Assembly (NCBI GenBank): GCA_002269645.1
Contig: NIVC01001007.1
Coordinates: 124,001 to 188,000, forward strand
Source: Macrostomum lignano
Lineage: Eukaryota
Direction of reading: 5' to 3'
DNA length: 64,000 bases
The notes under the pieces are model-generated. The model searched no databases. It was not told where the DNA came from and worked only from the letters and a program-made list of their open reading frames with translations. Below, piece by piece: positions 61,242-64,000 of this stretch (its first letter is position 1; each line of letters begins with the position of its first letter). Made by a program: the position numbers and the translations under genes.

Positions 61242-62141
61242 CTGTCAGAATAGGGGATTTCTTTAGATTAGATAGGGAACTCTCACCTGACAGAATAGGG
61301 GATTTCATTAGATTAGATAGGGAACTCTCACCTGCCAGAATAGGGGATTTCTTTAGATTAGATAGGGAGCTCTCACCTGATAGAATAGGGGATTTCGTTA
61401 GATTAGATAGGGAACTCTCACCTGACAGAATAGGAAGTTCCGTTAGATTAGATAGGGAACTCTCACCTGATAGAATAGGGGGTTCCGTTAGATTAGATAG
61501 GGAACTCTCACCTGATAGAATAGGGGATTTCGTTAGATTAGATAGGGAACTCTCACCTGCCAGAATAGGGGATTTCTTTAGATTAGATAGGGAACTCTCA
61601 CCTGTCAAAATTGGGGATTTCGTTAGATTAGATAGGGAGCTCTCACCTGACAGAATAGGGGATTTCTTTAGATTAGATAGGGAACTCTCACCTGTCAAAA
61701 TTGGGGATTTCGTTAGATTAGATAGGGAGCTCTCACCTGACAGAATAGGGGATTTCTTTAGATTAGATAGGGAACTCTCACCTGACAGAATAGGGGATTT
61801 CTTTAGATTAGATAGGGAGCTCTCACCTGATAGAATAGGGGATTTCTTTAGATTAGATAGGGAACTCTCACCTGATAGAATAGGGGGTTCCGTTAGATTA
61901 GATAGAGAACTCTCACCTGATAGAATAGGGGGTTCCGTTAGATTAGATAGAGAACTCTCACCTGATAGAATAGGGGGTTCCATTACATTAGATAGGGAAC
62001 TCTCACTTGACAGAATAGGGGGTTCCATTAGATTAGATAGGGAACTCTCACCTGATAGAATAGGGGGTTCCATTAGATTAGATAGGGAACTCTCACTTGA
62101 CAGAATAGGGGGTTCCATTAGATTAGATAGGGAACTCTCAC
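61242..62141 (-). repeat. Exactly 20 x 45-nt tandem units, each shaped like a complete mini-intron (GTGAGAGTTCCCTATCTAATCTAAAGAAATCCCCTATTCTGTCAG)
   Basis: First GT at 62141, last AG at 61242, 900 nt with no indels; ends 24 nt before the receptor ATG at 61218. Confidence 0.95.
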
Positions 62142-62537
62142 CTGTCAGAGATTCAGTTTTAGAATAAATCACTTTAATTTATAGCTGTCTCTAAATGAGC
62201 TGACTCTTTCGCTTTATTAGAAAGATAATCTTGGCAAATCTGCAACTTAATTAACACGATTCACCTGCGTGAAAGCGTGAAATATACAAGCTACAGCTGT
62301 ATATATAGGGCGTATTTGCAAAATTAACCAACTAAAAAATGATAAATTTTTTTCTTCATCCTGATTGGCTGCCTATATGCTGGCATCCTCGAGCATTTAG
62401 CAATCTCCGCATGATTAAACGACTAAAAAATTCTTCGAATAAGAAAAGATTTCTCTAAATCGAGATTGACAATTAATATAATGAGCATTCTAAGAACAGT
62501 TAGCGATTGAAGGTTTTCAAGTCACAGGCGAGGTCTC

Positions 62538-62822
62538 AGCATCCTGATACAGCATCCTGATACAGCATCCTGATACAGCATCCTGATACAGCATCCTGAT
62601 ACAGCATCCTGATACAGCATCCTGATACAGCATCCTGATACAGCATCCTGATACAGCATCCTGATACAGCATCCTGATACAGCATCCTGATACAGCATCC
62701 TGATACAGCATCCTGATACAGCATCCTGATACAGCATCCTGATACAGCATCCTGATACAGCATCCTGATACAGCATCCTGATACAGCATCCTGATACAGC
62801 ATACTGATACAGCATACTGATA
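62538..62822. repeat. Perfect 13-bp minisatellite (ATCCTGATACAGC), ~22 copies
   Basis: Directly visible; source of the MLYQDAVSGCCIR ORFs. Confidence 0.97.
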
Positions 62823-64000
62823 CCCACAGTTCGATACCTCAGGTTAATTAGGTCTCAGCATTCTTATACTCAGTTTGTACAAAGCTTGAATAAGTTTTCA
62901 AAATGTAGTAGGGGTTCAGGCTTGGCTTCATTTCTAGTTTGGATAGCTTTGCAACAACAAATTGGTTCAAGAGAGATTGAGCATGTCAGATTAACCTGTC
63001 AAATTGCTGCTATGAGTCCCATGCAGAATCCCTGGTAGAAAAGCTTAAACTCTATTGCACCATCGGAAATCTTGCTTTGGCCCCGACACGAACGAACGCG
63101 TTCGTGCCAGTGATGAAGACAAAGTCATCTGTCTAGCCACGATAATTGCACCCTTGAAGAAGAAGTTTGAAAGAAAAAAATGTTTTAAGATTGAAACTGT
63201 CGTGAAAATTATTTTTGATTTTCTTTTTTTTTAAAGAACTAATGATATTCCCTGTCTGAAATTGGTAAAATCTTGTAATTAGAAGGATATCTTGTAATTA
63301 GAAGGATAATAAAGCTTTCTAGAGTGCAGATGATCCTTTTCGGTGCAACGTTCCGGTGATATATACCTTTCCGATATCCGTGTCTTGTGTTATCCGCATC
63401 CACCCAGATAGTACAAGTGCTTTCTGATCTCCCCCGGATATTTCTAGCACACGCGGCTGCTGTTCTGGGCGCCTTTTCTTGTGCTTGTGGCGACTTCAGC
63501 TCATTCCTCCATCCGATCAATTTCTGAATTCGCTTCATCTTCATTCATTAACTATAGTACGAGCGTCTTATCTCTCTCCGAAACAAATTAATCTAATTTG
63601 TTGTCGTGGCCTGAATTGTAAACCTTTTTTAGCAGTCGTTCGACAATTCCATTTTCTGTTCTCGATCTTCGCTGTTTAAAAATGCTCCGTTTTTAATTGG
63701 GGGGATTGTATCTTCGCTCTTAAAGTATTCGTGCGAAATCCCTTATTCGAAAAAAATGTTCTATTTTGGGGGGTGTCGCTACTTTCCTACCTAGGCGCTA
63801 GTTTATTTACACTTCTTATCTGCTGTTTGGCTCTCTCCGTTCACCTTGTCTCGACCAATATAGTTCAAACCTCTCTCTTTATTGATCTCTTACCCTTTCC
63901 TTCTTCTGATTGGTCGGTCTCTCATTCTTCTCTAGCCTCTCATTCTCTCACCTGTCGCGTACTCCACCCTCCTTACTTTATGTCAGCCAACCCCCTCAGT

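Noticed and set aside
62900-64000. Short ORFs near the window end (63239-63544, 63479-63679)
   Set aside because: No recognisable domain or splice-consistent model.

Overview
Metazoan genomic DNA with spliceosomal introns. GC-rich exons and introns full of minisatellites suggest a free-living flatworm such as Macrostomum (inference from style only). Six protein-coding genes can be rebuilt with frame-consistent GT-AG junctions: an intronless divergent 7TM receptor (+, 2810-4051), two paralogous secreted PAN/apple + F-type lectin genes (-, 6667-9119 and 13220-14298), PHF14 (-, 15152-27274, 5 exons), an ADAM metalloprotease-disintegrin (+, 29719-50646, 15 exons) and a melatonin-receptor-like GPCR (-, 58892-61218, 3 exons). 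The rest holds about 28 tandem arrays, tRNA-derived SINEs, a composite hAT element with a nested MITE and a foldback element. Most long ORFs in the track are by-products of these arrays. The most striking observation is a 900-nt array just upstream of the melatonin-like receptor ATG (61242-62141). It is exactly 20 x 45 nt, and on the gene strand each unit reads as a complete mini-intron (GTGAGA...CTAAT...CAG) joined head to tail, while also keeping an open frame into the receptor. Several other arrays carry YAG|GT junction motifs, and many arrays start within about 50 nt of a splice donor or stop codon.
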